A stretch of 64,000 bases of DNA from Acutalibacteraceae bacterium (GTDB lineage: Bacteria; Bacillota; Clostridia; Oscillospirales; Acutalibacteraceae), in assembly GCA_045538935.1 (NCBI GenBank), contig JAZQEI010000004.1, positions 4,479 to 68,478 of the forward strand. Direction: 5' to 3'. A model generated the notes under the pieces. It did no database searches, had not been told where the DNA came from, and saw nothing but the letters and a program-made list of their open reading frames with translations. Positions within the stretch are counted from its first letter, which is position 1. Every line of letters begins with the position of its first letter. Shown piece after piece: positions 43,973 to 54,310 of the stretch. Made by a program: the position numbers and the translations under genes.

Positions 43973-46378
43973 TTATTCTACCTTGGTAATACCCCAAATG
44001 TTGTTTGCATAATCGGAAATAGATCTGTCTGCCGCAAATATGCCAGACTCGGCAATGTTTACGAGTGACATTTTATTCCAAGCGGTTTTGTCTGCATACA
44101 ATGCATCGGCCTTTTTGTGAGCCGAGCAGTAATCGGCATAATCTGCAAGAGCCATATAATAGTCGGTGTTGCGCAAAATATTTGCAATATCTGCAAATGA
44201 TTTACCGCCAAAGCCCTTGGTTAAAAAGTCGAGAACCTTTTTAAGATCTGCATTATTCTCAATATAGTGCGACGGATTATAGCCGCGTTTACGAAGCGCC
44301 ATAACCTCGTTTGTTTGCATACCAAAAATAATGATGTTTTCATCGCCTACGGCCTTATGAATTTCTACATTAGCACCGTCTTCGGTACCAAGGGTTATTG
44401 CGCCGTTCATCATAAGTTTCATATTGCCGGTACCACTGGCCTCGGTAGAGGCAAGGGATATTTGCTCGCTTATATTAGCGGCAGGTATCATAAGTTCGGC
44501 AAGGGTTACGCGGTAATCTTCTAAGAATAATACCTTTAATTTGCCCTTTGTAAGCGGGTTAGAATCTATTTCTTTTGCAAGGGCGCTAATCATTTCAATT
44601 ATCTGCTTTGCAAGAATATAACCCGGAGCTGCCTTTGCACCGAAAATATAGGTTTTAGGTGTAAATGGCGCGTTAGGATTTTCTAGAATATACAAATAAT
44701 CGGATATAATATGAAGCGCGTTAAGGTGCTGACGCTTATATTCGTGTAAGCGTTTTACTTGCATATCGAAAATAGATTCGGGGTCTAATTCAATACCGCT
44801 TGTTGCCTTTAAATAGTTTGACAAACGCACCTTGTTGTTATACTTGATTTGTCCCAAACGATCTAAAACAGTGGCATCGTCTTTGTAATTATTAAGCTTT
44901 GCAAGGTTTGATGCATCCATTATAAACTCATCGCCAATAAGTTCACATAAAAAGCTTGATAATTCGGGGTTGGCCTGATTAAGCCAACGGCGGTGTGCAA
45001 TGCCGTTTGTAACGTTGGTGAATTTGTTGGGCTCTAACTTATAATAATCGTTAAAGAGTGAGTCTGTTAAAATTTTGCTGTGTAATTTAGATACACCGTT
45101 TACTGTGTGGCAAGTAGCAACGCAAAGGTTTGCCATTCTTACAACGCCGTTTTGAATAATAGCGGTGCGCTCTACTAAGTTGCGGTCACCGGTTTGCTCA
45201 AATACTTGGTTTCTGTAACGGCGGTCAATTTCGCAAACTATCTGATAAATTCTGGGTAGTCTGTCTTTAAATAAGCCTATTGGCCAGCATTCTAAAGCCT
45301 CCATCATAACGGTATGGTTGGTGTATGCTGTGGTGCGGCTTACAATATCAAATGCCTTTTCCCAAGAATATCCGCATTCGTCAAGCAAGTGGCGCATAAG
45401 CTCGGGGATAGATAGGGCAGGGTGTGTATCGTTAATATGAATTGCTACCTTTTCGGGTAGATTATCTAGCGTGTTATACTGTCTTAAATGACGTGCCAAA
45501 ATGTCTTGAATAGAGGCGGATACCAAGAAATACTGTTGACGAAGTCTTAAGGATTTACCCTCCATATGATTATCCTCGGGGTATAAAACCTTACTTATAG
45601 ACTCGCACATGGCCTTTTGTTCCATTGCTTTTACATAGTCGCCCTGATTAAATGCTGACATATTAATGTCGCTAGATTCAGCACTCCAAAGACGCAAAGC
45701 GTTAACCGTTTTACCGTCTTTACCTGCAACCATAAGGTCGTATGGCATAGCGTGAACAGTTGTGTAGTCGGTATGCTCTATGTGGTGGAAGTTGCCGTCC
45801 CAAGATTCTTTTATTTGGCCATCGAACTTAACATCAACTGCAGAGGCCGGGCGCGGAACAAGCCACACGCTGCCACCCGGTAGCCAAAAGTCAGGCATTT
45901 CGGTCTGCCAACCGTCAACAATCTTTTGACGGAATATACCAAACTCGTATTTAATGCAGTAGCCCATTGCGGGGTACGAACCGGTAGATAGTCCGTCTAA
46001 AAAACAGGCTGCTAAACGACCCAAACCGCCGTTGCCGAGGCCTGCATCGGGTTCGCACTCATATAAATTATCTAGCTTTACGTCGAATTTCTTTAAAGCC
46101 TTGGCCATTGCTTTATCAAGATCTAAATTAAAAAGGTTGTTCTTTAAAGAGCGACCCATTAAAAATTCCATACTCAAATAGTATATGGTCTTTTTTTCTT
46201 GCTCGCTTGTTGCTTTTCTAAACTTGGTGCGGCGTTCAGACATAATGTCGTTAATAACCAGCACACATGCTTTGTAAAAAAGCTCATCAGATGCATGCTC
46301 GGGCAGAACACCAAAGTTGTGCGAGAGCTTTTTTTCTATCATAGATGACAAAACTGCGGGAGTATAGTTTTGAGCCAT
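43973..46378 (-). CDS. glgP: glycogen/maltodextrin phosphorylase
   Basis: 801 aa. LGNGGLGRLAACFLDS-type motif (LGNGGLGRLAACFLDG) and the PLP site EASGTGNMKLMMNGA. Confidence 0.95.
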   Translation of the reverse strand: MAQNYTPAVLSSMIEKKLSHNFGVLPEHASDELFYKACVLVINDIMSERRTKFRKATSEQEKKTIYYLSMEFLMGRSLKNNLFNLDLDKAMAKALKKFDVKLDNLYECEPDAGLGNGGLGRLAACFLDGLSTGSYPAMGYCIKYEFGIFRQKIVDGWQTEMPDFWLPGGSVWLVPRPASAVDVKFDGQIKESWDGNFHHIEHTDYTTVHAMPYDLMVAGKDGKTVNALRLWSAESSDINMSAFNQGDYVKAMEQKAMCESISKVLYPEDNHMEGKSLRLRQQYFLVSASIQDILARHLRQYNTLDNLPEKVAIHINDTHPALSIPELMRHLLDECGYSWEKAFDIVSRTTAYTNHTVMMEALECWPIGLFKDRLPRIYQIVCEIDRRYRNQVFEQTGDRNLVERTAIIQNGVVRMANLCVATCHTVNGVSKLHSKILTDSLFNDYYKLEPNKFTNVTNGIAHRRWLNQANPELSSFLCELIGDEFIMDASNLAKLNNYKDDATVLDRLGQIKYNNKVRLSNYLKATSGIELDPESIFDMQVKRLHEYKRQHLNALHIISDYLYILENPNAPFTPKTYIFGAKAAPGYILAKQIIEMISALAKEIDSNPLTKGKLKVLFLEDYRVTLAELMIPAANISEQISLASTEASGTGNMKLMMNGAITLGTEDGANVEIHKAVGDENIIIFGMQTNEVMALRKRGYNPSHYIENNADLKKVLDFLTKGFGGKSFADIANILRNTDYYMALADYADYCSAHKKADALYADKTAWNKMSLVNIAESGIFAADRSISDYANNIWGITKVE

Positions 46379-46430
46379 AAAATAATCTCCTTAAAATAAG
46401 AATATTTACCAAATTATTATTTACATATAT

Positions 46431-46459
46431 ATAATACCTTATTCTTGTAATTATTTCAA
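46431..46459 (-). promoter_or_regulatory. candidate promoter for glgP-GH13
   Basis: Minus strand TTGAAA (46459-46454), 17-nt spacer, TATTAT (46436-46431). Confidence 0.45.
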
Positions 46460-46588
46460 GTACTACTTTAACTTAAATTTGTGCAAATATTTGTATAAAA
46501 CATACAAATGTAGTTTACATAATCTTACGAAAGTTAATAAAATTTATCAAAACACACAAAATAACGCGAGGTTTAGTATATAGATGAA

Positions 46589-46618
46589 TAAAAAAATTGC
46601 GCCGTTTATACGGCGCAA
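46589..46618 (-). terminator. rho-independent terminator of the small ORF
   Basis: TTGCGCCGT ttat ACGGCGCAA, with an A-run on the plus strand that gives a U-run on the minus transcript. Confidence 0.75.
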
Positions 46619-46639
46619 CAATTTAAAACTAACAAAAAA

Positions 46640-46789
46640 TTATTCTTCAGGCTCGCATTCGCATTCAATATAACCATCAACCGGCTTTTCTTTGTTTAAA
46701 ACACGGTCAATAATAACTGCAACGCCTGCTGCAATAGAAACAGCTGCAACAATACCGGTTATAATCCATAAAACATGCTTTGCTTTCAT
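46640..46789 (-). CDS. 49-aa small membrane protein, absent from the ORF track (below its length cutoff)
   Basis: ATG 46789 lies 7 nt after AAGGTGG. It encodes MKAKHVLWIITGIVAAVSIAAGVAVIIDRVLNKEKPVDGYIECECEPEE and has its own terminator. Confidence 0.6.
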   Translation of the reverse strand: MKAKHVLWIITGIVAAVSIAAGVAVIIDRVLNKEKPVDGYIECECEPEE

Positions 46790-46950
46790 AATCTAACCAC
46801 CTTGTAAAAATTTTCACATACAAATTATACTATAAAAACCACCGTTTGTCAACGGGATAGATTTTTCTTACAAAAAATTAAAATAATAGTGGTGATATTA
46901 AATATTATGTGATATAATTATATAAATATAAAAATTTTCTGGAGAAAACC

Positions 46951-48228
46951 ATGTCAGCTACACTTCATAATCTTTTAGAGGGTGTTGACGGTCTGCTGTT
47001 AAAAGATACCCGTTTTAACACGACCCTTGTAACCTTTAACTTTTATTTGCCAATAAAAAAAGAAACCTTGGCCGAGAATGCATTATTACCATTTGTTTTG
47101 TCATCTTGTTGTGATGAATATAAAACCTCGGTGCTTTTAAACCGTCGTTTGTGCGAACTTTATGGTGCAAGATTGTCGGCTTCGGTAGGCAAGGCGTTAG
47201 ATTTTTTGCATATACGTTTTGCAATAAGCAGCATTAATGACGAGTTCGCTCCAAATAACGAGAGTGTTGTTTTAAAATCGGCAGAGCTTTTGGCATCTTT
47301 GATTTTTGCACCAAGCCTTTGTAACGGAGAATTTTTGCAAAAAGACCTAGATCGTGAAAAGCGCAAGTGTAAAGAGCGTATACTGTCTGAAATTAACGAT
47401 AAGCGCTTATACGCCCGCCGCCGTTTAATAGCCGAAATGTACAAAGGCCACCCTTATGGTCTTAGCAAATACGGCGAATTAGATGATGTAGAAAAAATAA
47501 CCATCGCATCGCTTACAGCTGCGTGGGAGAGAATGCTTCGAGAATCGTATGTGCGCATTATAGTATCTTCTAAAGATGACTGTGATGAAATTTTTGCAAG
47601 AGCAAAAGCGGCTTTTTCTGCCATAGAGCGCAAGAATATTCCGGACATAAACCAGAAAATAGAGTTTGAACCAAAGAAAAACGTAGTTATAACCGAACAA
47701 ATGGATATTGTTCAGGGCAAAATTGCAATGGGCTTTACGTCTAGCCTAAAGGGTGACGCTAAAACGGCTTTTCCGCTAAATGTTATGTGTGATTTGCTTG
47801 GCGGCGGAACATACTCTAAGTGCTTTAAAAATGTTAGAGAAAATTTAAGCCTTTGCTACTACTGTTCTGCTACTGCGGCAAGGCATATTGGTTTTATGCT
47901 TGTAGAAAGCGGTGTAGAGGCTAATAAAAAAGAACTTTTAAAGCAACAGGTATTAAAAGAGCTTAAAGCTATGCAAAACGGTGAGTTTTCTGATGAAGAT
48001 ATTTTATCGTCTAAGCTTAGCCTAACAAGTGCATTAAAATCGTACTCCGACAGTCAGTCGGCTTTAGACGGTTGGTATGCGGCAAGACTTTTAAAGGATG
48101 ATTTTATCTCGCCAGATGATTTAGCCGTAATTATAAACGGCATAACCCGTGAGCAAATAATAAATGCGGCAAAGGCGGTAACTTTAAGCACGGTTTACGA
48201 GCTAATGCCTCAAGGTGACGCCATATGA
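46951..48228 (+). CDS. M16-family (pitrilysin-like) peptidase subunit lacking the HxxEH zinc motif
   Basis: Size and layout fit an M16 protein and it is translationally coupled (ATGA overlap) to the next gene. No HxxEH motif is visible, so it is probably the non-catalytic partner. Confidence 0.65.
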   Translation: MSATLHNLLEGVDGLLLKDTRFNTTLVTFNFYLPIKKETLAENALLPFVLSSCCDEYKTSVLLNRRLCELYGARLSASVGKALDFLHIRFAISSINDEFAPNNESVVLKSAELLASLIFAPSLCNGEFLQKDLDREKRKCKERILSEINDKRLYARRRLIAEMYKGHPYGLSKYGELDDVEKITIASLTAAWERMLRESYVRIIVSSKDDCDEIFARAKAAFSAIERKNIPDINQKIEFEPKKNVVITEQMDIVQGKIAMGFTSSLKGDAKTAFPLNVMCDLLGGGTYSKCFKNVRENLSLCYYCSATAARHIGFMLVESGVEANKKELLKQQVLKELKAMQNGEFSDEDILSSKLSLTSALKSYSDSQSALDGWYAARLLKDDFISPDDLAVIINGITREQIINAAKAVTLSTVYELMPQGDAI

Positions 48229-49502
48229 AAAAAGAAATCTTTAAAAGTGAGCTTTTAAAAGAGCAATACACAAAGGTAACTTGTGATAACGGACTTGAAA
48301 TTTATATATGCGAAAAGAAACAACTTTCGTCTACCTATGCGGTTTTTGGCGCAAAGTACGGCTCTATAGATACTGCATATATAAAGCAAAACGGTGTTAG
48401 ATGTGACTTACCCGAGGGTGTGGCACACTTTTTAGAGCATAAACTATTTGAAAGCGAACAGTTAGATGCTTTTGAGCAGTTTGCAAAAACCGGTGCATAT
48501 TCTAACGCGTATACCTCGTTCGATAAAACATGTTATTTGTTTTCATGCAGTGACCTTTTCGAAGAAAACTTAGACATATTACTCGGTTTTGTAACAAACC
48601 CGTATTTTACAGAGCAAACTGTTTTAAAAGAACAGGGAATAATTGGTCAAGAAATTGATATGTATAAAGACAGCGCCGGTTGGTGTGTAATGTTTAATAT
48701 GCTAAGGGCAATGTACTCAAACCACCCTGTGCGTATAGATATTGCGGGTACAAAGGAGTCTATTGCAAAAATAAGTAAAGATATTTTGTACGACTGCTAT
48801 AATACTTTTTACCACCCGTCTAATATGTTTTTGTGTGTTGTGGGCAATGTAGATACACAAAAAATTATAAATACAGTAAACTCAAAAATAACCGAAAAGC
48901 CGCAAATTTTAAAAGAACGAATTACTGTTTTAGAGCCTAACGAATGTAATGAAAATTATGTTGAGCAAACGGGCCAGGTGGCAATGCCAGTGTTTTGCTA
49001 CGGATTTAAAGAAATCAATACAAATCTTACCATACATGATAAAATCTGCAGTTCGGTTTTGCTTGATGTAATTGCATCAGATATATCTCCGCTGTTTGAA
49101 AATCTTACCGAGCAAGGACTTATTAATGATGAGTTTTCGAGCGAGCATTTTTGTGGCAGAGGTTATGCGGTATCTATGTTTGAGGGTGAATCCTCTGACC
49201 CTAAAGCAGTAGTTAAAAGCATAAATGATGAAATAAATCGTTTAAAAGAGCAAGGTATAGACGAAAACTTGGTAACCAGCGTAATCAATGGAATGTATGG
49301 CAGCATAATACGTCGCTTTAACTCTGCTGAGAGCATAGCAACTTTACTTGTAGATGCTGCGGTAGATAATGAGCCGTTATTTGAAGAGTTAGAGGTTTTA
49401 AAAACTATAACTACAAGTGATATTGAACGGAAACTTGAGAATTTAAATTTAGAAAACGCCGTTTTATCGGTAATATATCCAAAGGAGAAACAGAATGTAT
49501 AA
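48225..49502 (+). CDS. M16-family zinc peptidase (catalytic subunit)
   Basis: GVAHFLEHKLFE contains the inverted zincin motif HxxEH. Confidence 0.8.
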   Translation: MKKEIFKSELLKEQYTKVTCDNGLEIYICEKKQLSSTYAVFGAKYGSIDTAYIKQNGVRCDLPEGVAHFLEHKLFESEQLDAFEQFAKTGAYSNAYTSFDKTCYLFSCSDLFEENLDILLGFVTNPYFTEQTVLKEQGIIGQEIDMYKDSAGWCVMFNMLRAMYSNHPVRIDIAGTKESIAKISKDILYDCYNTFYHPSNMFLCVVGNVDTQKIINTVNSKITEKPQILKERITVLEPNECNENYVEQTGQVAMPVFCYGFKEINTNLTIHDKICSSVLLDVIASDISPLFENLTEQGLINDEFSSEHFCGRGYAVSMFEGESSDPKAVVKSINDEINRLKEQGIDENLVTSVINGMYGSIIRRFNSAESIATLLVDAAVDNEPLFEELEVLKTITTSDIERKLENLNLENAVLSVIYPKEKQNV

Positions 49503-50412
49503 CGTAACTATTTTTGGTATTAACATTACCCTTAATCCCGTTGCCTTTACTATTCCTATTGGTTCGGGTTGGCAGGTTTATTGGTATGGCATAATAATTG
49601 CCACAGGTTTTTTACTTGCGGTAATTTATGGTATGAAAACTGCCGAGCGCTATTCTCTTAACAAAGATAAAATAATGGACGGCGTGCTTATTGTTGCACC
49701 GGTTGCAATATTGTGCGCAAGAATATACTATATAATATTTGATGGTGAAAAGTTAGAGTCGTTTGGCGACTTTTTCGGATTTACATCTAAAGGCTTTTCC
49801 GGACTTGCAATATACGGCGCAGTAATAGGCGCTTTTGTGTCGGCTGTATTGGTTTGCAAGTTGTTTAAAATGAATATTTTAGATGTATTAGATATTACTT
49901 CGGTCGGTTTTTTAATCGGACAAGCCGTTGGCCGTTGGGGTAATTTTGTCAACCAAGAAGCATTTGGTACACATACGGGCAGTAAGTTTTGGGGTATGCA
50001 AAGTGAGCGTACCATTGCCGAGGTCGGACAAGGTTTAGTACACCCGTGCTTTTTGTATGAATCGGTTTGGTGTATAATTGGTTTCTTTTTACTAAACCAC
50101 TTTAGCAAAAAGCGTCAGTTTAAGGGCCAAATTATTTTAATGTACTGTGCTTGGTATGGCTTTGGCAGAGCGATAATAGAGCTTTTACGTACCGATTCTT
50201 TAATGATAGGCCCCGTTAGAGTTTCATTCCTTGTGTCTTTAATTATTTGCATAGGCTCTGTAATAGCGCTTGGTTTTATGCTTAAAAAAACAAACACAAA
50301 AACAGAAAAAGAACAAGAATATGTTCCTATTTTTGCCGATGCTATGGAAGAAGAAACTACGTCAGCAACCGATGAAGAATTAGGAGAGCAAAACGATGGC
50401 ACAGATAATTGA
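49495..50412 (+). CDS. lgt: prolipoprotein diacylglyceryl transferase
   Basis: WYGIIIATGF, GQAVGRWGNFVNQEAFG and a YGFGRAIIELLR-type motif. It has an acidic C-terminal tail. Confidence 0.9.
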   Translation: MYNVTIFGINITLNPVAFTIPIGSGWQVYWYGIIIATGFLLAVIYGMKTAERYSLNKDKIMDGVLIVAPVAILCARIYYIIFDGEKLESFGDFFGFTSKGFSGLAIYGAVIGAFVSAVLVCKLFKMNILDVLDITSVGFLIGQAVGRWGNFVNQEAFGTHTGSKFWGMQSERTIAEVGQGLVHPCFLYESVWCIIGFFLLNHFSKKRQFKGQIILMYCAWYGFGRAIIELLRTDSLMIGPVRVSFLVSLIICIGSVIALGFMLKKTNTKTEKEQEYVPIFADAMEEETTSATDEELGEQNDGTDN

Positions 50413-51250
50413 TGGAAAAAACATATCTTCTCTAGTAAAAGAAGATGTTAAAAAAGAAATTGAATGCTTAAAGCAACAAAACATAGATGTTTGTCTTGCG
50501 GTTATTATTGTTGGTGACGACCCTGCAAGCAAGGTGTATGTCGGCAACAAGAAAAAGGCGTGCGAGGCAACAGGTATAAAGTCGCTTGAATATGCTTTAC
50601 CAGAACAAACTAGTGAAGACGAGCTTATTGCTTTAATAGAAAAATTAAATAATGATGCCACTGTTAACGGCATACTTTGTCAGTTGCCGCTGCCAAAGCA
50701 CATTAACGAAAAGCGCATAATAAATGCTATTTCGGCAAAAAAAGATGTAGATGCATTTCATCCTGAGAATGTTGGCCACATAATGATTGGTGATTACACC
50801 TTTTTACCCTGCACACCTGCAGGTGTTATGGAGATGTTAGAGCGCACCAATATAGACGTACAAGGCAAGCACTGTGTAATAGTAGGTAGGTCTAATATAG
50901 TAGGCAAGCCTGCTGCTGCACTAATGCTAAACAAAAGTGCGACCGTTACGGTTTGCCACTCTAAAACGGTTAATTTAAAAGAGATATGCCTTACTGCCGA
51001 TATTCTAGTTGCTGCGGTTGGCCGTGCCAACTTTATTAAAGCCGATATGGTAAAAGATGGCGCTATAGTTATAGATGTTGGTATAAACCGCAACGAGCAG
51101 GGCAAACTTTGCGGCGATGTTGATTTTGAAAATGTAAGCGAAAAAGCATCGTTTATAACCCCTGTTCCCGGCGGCGTAGGTCCTATGACAATAGCCATGC
51201 TAATGAAAAATACTCTTACTGCGGCTAAGCAGCAAAATAATTTAATTTAG
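50396..51250 (+). CDS. folD: bifunctional methylenetetrahydrofolate dehydrogenase / methenyl-THF cyclohydrolase
   Basis: AQIIDGK, VGDDPASKVYVGNKKKA, LPLPKHI, GRSNIVGKPAA and PVPGGVGPMT. Confidence 0.95.
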   Translation: MAQIIDGKNISSLVKEDVKKEIECLKQQNIDVCLAVIIVGDDPASKVYVGNKKKACEATGIKSLEYALPEQTSEDELIALIEKLNNDATVNGILCQLPLPKHINEKRIINAISAKKDVDAFHPENVGHIMIGDYTFLPCTPAGVMEMLERTNIDVQGKHCVIVGRSNIVGKPAAALMLNKSATVTVCHSKTVNLKEICLTADILVAAVGRANFIKADMVKDGAIVIDVGINRNEQGKLCGDVDFENVSEKASFITPVPGGVGPMTIAMLMKNTLTAAKQQNNLI

Positions 51251-51259
51251 GTGAACATT

Positions 51260-52009
51260 TTGAAACTAAAAAAACTTTTAGTAAGCCTTTTAATTATAAT
51301 TTTAATAAGTGTTAATGCATCGGCTTTAAGTATAGAAGAACATTCTTTAGAGTTTGATGTATCGGAAGAATATACCATGTTAACAGCAAACAATCTAAAG
51401 AAAAATGAAGACTTTATAAAAAGTTTGGGACATTCTGTTTCATCTATGCAAACGTTTTTTAAAGATAATTCGGTTTTGATTTTTGCGGCTAATTCTGATA
51501 ATTCAAAGCAAATAAAGCTTACTTATAATAAGACCGATTTCTCAACTCAAATCGGCTCTCTCAAAAATCTTAACGATAACGATTTTTATGGTGTTTTTGA
51601 GCAAATATTAGGCAAAGACGCTAAAGGACAACTCTATATTACTAACAATATGAAGATGTACTGTGTTGCATCTAAGAGTTCTGATAGCGGCGGAAATTAT
51701 TGCACTATTCAGTTCTTTACCATAATAAACGGCAACATATATAATTTATCGTATTCCGAGTCGTCGGCAGATGTATACGCCGTTTACGATAATGCTCAGG
51801 ACATTGTACTTAACCTAAACATAACCGATAAAGCGTTGTCTGTTACCGCAGAAGATGTAGATAACGATGTTATTATGGCTTTGGTTGGCATACTTATTTT
51901 GGCAGCTTTGGCTATTGCGGTTTATGTAATAGTAACCTTTGTTAAAGATATTAAGAACAAGCAAACAACCGATGAGGATGACTCGGTTATACGCCGTAGA
52001 AGGTTTTAG
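51260..52009 (+). CDS. hypothetical secreted protein with a C-terminal membrane anchor
   Basis: TTG 51260 lies 7 nt after AGGTGA. Signal peptide KLKKLLVSLLIIILISVNASA, and a C-terminal TM helix followed by a basic/acidic tail. Confidence 0.55.
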   Translation: MKLKKLLVSLLIIILISVNASALSIEEHSLEFDVSEEYTMLTANNLKKNEDFIKSLGHSVSSMQTFFKDNSVLIFAANSDNSKQIKLTYNKTDFSTQIGSLKNLNDNDFYGVFEQILGKDAKGQLYITNNMKMYCVASKSSDSGGNYCTIQFFTIINGNIYNLSYSESSADVYAVYDNAQDIVLNLNITDKALSVTAEDVDNDVIMALVGILILAALAIAVYVIVTFVKDIKNKQTTDEDDSVIRRRRF

Positions 52010-52029
52010 ACCTTTATTGGGGGAATTTT

Positions 52030-54153
52030 ATGAAAAAGCGAATAGCCCTTGCAGTTTTAATTGCAGCAACGGTATTTATGGTTTTGTTTTCGGTATTGTG
52101 CTATCCGGGTAAGTACTACATAAACGCTCCAGCGGGGGATATCTTATACGAGTTTGGCACGGATGATATTGTCGATAGTAGAGATTGCGCAATCGAAGAT
52201 AATCAAATAATAACCGACTATTCTGCCGACCCGTATATTCAGTTTAGCGGTTTTTCTACAACGGCAGAGTGCATTGTTATAAATATGGAGTGGCTAGACA
52301 ACGGCTCCGATATGCTACTATATTTTTATAATGATGTTGATTTAAAAGAAGAGGAATATGTTTTTGTACACCCCAATGCCATAATAGACGGCAATGTATT
52401 TGTTAAAATTCCCGAAAATACCGAGTACAAAAGTATTAGACTTAAATCTAAGAGTTCTTACGTTTTAAACACGGTACAGTTTTATGAGAACTGTGAAACG
52501 GTTAGAGTAGATACCCCTATATCTGCTAAAAGGTATGTTTTTACCGCTCTTGCTACAATTATTACAGCGGTAGGCGTATATTTTTGCGACACTAAATTTT
52601 TATTTAGTCAAAAAATTTATAACTACACAAAACCTCGCATAAAAAAATATGCGACATTTTCTCTTGGTATAATTTTATCAATTATTTTAAGTTTGGCGGC
52701 AGAGTTTGTTATTTTTAGGTTTTTTGAGCCAAACCCTGCCTTAGCTTTTTTTCATTACGGACGCTTTGCGTTTATATTTGGTGCGGTTTCTGTGATATTC
52801 TCATTTTTGTTTTTCTTTAGAGCTAACGGCACCGAGATTATAAAAAGTCCCGAAAAAATCCTTTTTTGCATAATAATGCTTGTTGGCACGGCGCTTATTA
52901 TAGGCTCGCCCGTAGGCCAGTGCAGTTGGGATGTTTGCCGTCATTATGAGTGGGCGCATAATGCTTCATTTTATGGCACCGCATATACTACCAGAGCCGA
53001 CAAATTAATTTACGATATGAATTGGGTCGCATGGCCTAATTATAATAGGGTAATTAATGCCGAGCATATCGCCCAGCTTAACGAATTTGGAAGTATGTAT
53101 TTGGGCACAGCGTCTGCATCCACCAAATTACCGCATATATTAAGCGGTGTGTTTATAGCGGTTGGCAGATTATTTGGAGCTACATTTTTTCAGCAGTTTT
53201 TACTTGGCGAGTTTGCTGTTTTGCTTACATATGCCTCTGTTTGTTATTTTGCAGCAAGAAAACTAAAAAGCGGTAAAATGATATTATCGGTAATAGCATT
53301 ATTGCCTACAAATTTATTTATGGTATCAAACTATTCCTACGACGGTTGGGTAACCTCGTTTATAATGCTTGGTACCGCATATTTTGCGGCGCAGATGCAA
53401 GACAAAGAAAAAGGTTTTTCTTTTACCGACACACTAATCATGTGCCTTGCATTTGTACTTGCCTGTTTACCTAAATTGGTTTACTTTACGGTTTTACTTA
53501 TACCGCTTGTATTAAGAAAATCTACCTTTACAAAAAAAGATTATAAAATATATTATTCTACCTGCATTAGCAGTATGCTGTTGCTTTGTGTATTGCTTGC
53601 AATAAGGTCGGTTTGGTCTATAAGCTCTGGCGGCGATACTCGCGGCGGCGAAGTAAATTCACAGGAGCAATTTAATTTTATTTTAAATAACATATTTGAT
53701 TATGCAAAAATACTCTTTAGTTTCCTTTTAGAGTATTTATCGCCCTTTAAAGCCTACAAGTACATAACCAATTTTGTGCACGTAGGTTGGGGTGTGTTTG
53801 CGCCGCTGTATATAACCCTTTTAGCAGTTACCCCATTTACCGATAAATGCGAACATGACTTGTTTAAAGGACAAAATAAAACAAGAATATTGTCGGTAGC
53901 GTTTTTTGTTTTAACTTGTATGCTTATGGCAACGGCATTTTATATTTCGTTTACCGAGCCGGGAAGCAAAATGATATTAGGCTGCCAGCCCAGGTATATA
54001 ATTGCACTTTTACTGCCGCTTTTGCTGTTTATAGGCAACCCCGGAATATTAAAGCTTGCAAACAAAAAATGGTACAATGCAACGATTATGTCGTTGCTAG
54101 GCTTCGGCTCACTGTCTAATTTATTTGTTTTAACAGTTTCAAACTATTATTAA
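52030..54153 (+). CDS. large polytopic membrane protein, putative GT-C-fold glycosyltransferase-like
   Basis: RBS GGGGGA. One N-terminal TM helix, an extracytoplasmic domain of about 150 aa, then at least 12 TM helices. The architecture matches the product of 57132-59162. The family assignment is an inference. Confidence 0.5.
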   Translation: MKKRIALAVLIAATVFMVLFSVLCYPGKYYINAPAGDILYEFGTDDIVDSRDCAIEDNQIITDYSADPYIQFSGFSTTAECIVINMEWLDNGSDMLLYFYNDVDLKEEEYVFVHPNAIIDGNVFVKIPENTEYKSIRLKSKSSYVLNTVQFYENCETVRVDTPISAKRYVFTALATIITAVGVYFCDTKFLFSQKIYNYTKPRIKKYATFSLGIILSIILSLAAEFVIFRFFEPNPALAFFHYGRFAFIFGAVSVIFSFLFFFRANGTEIIKSPEKILFCIIMLVGTALIIGSPVGQCSWDVCRHYEWAHNASFYGTAYTTRADKLIYDMNWVAWPNYNRVINAEHIAQLNEFGSMYLGTASASTKLPHILSGVFIAVGRLFGATFFQQFLLGEFAVLLTYASVCYFAARKLKSGKMILSVIALLPTNLFMVSNYSYDGWVTSFIMLGTAYFAAQMQDKEKGFSFTDTLIMCLAFVLACLPKLVYFTVLLIPLVLRKSTFTKKDYKIYYSTCISSMLLLCVLLAIRSVWSISSGGDTRGGEVNSQEQFNFILNNIFDYAKILFSFLLEYLSPFKAYKYITNFVHVGWGVFAPLYITLLAVTPFTDKCEHDLFKGQNKTRILSVAFFVLTCMLMATAFYISFTEPGSKMILGCQPRYIIALLLPLLLFIGNPGILKLANKKWYNATIMSLLGFGSLSNLFVLTVSNYY

Positions 54154-54209
54154 GTGCTAGAAATTGCAGTAGTTTTAAGTAACATTTTAAAATAATACTA
54201 AATACAAAA

Positions 54210-54247
54210 AGAATGTCACTCATTTTAAAAGAGCGACGTTCTTTTTT
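54210..54247 (+). terminator. rho-independent terminator
   Basis: AGAATGTCACTC attttaaaa GAGCGACGTTCT (one mismatch, one G-U pair) followed by TTTTT. Confidence 0.6.
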
Positions 54248-54310
54248 GCATTATATTCGCCTGTGCTACATATATAATAATAAAGATTTAAAAAGGATAG
54301 GTGATTCAAA

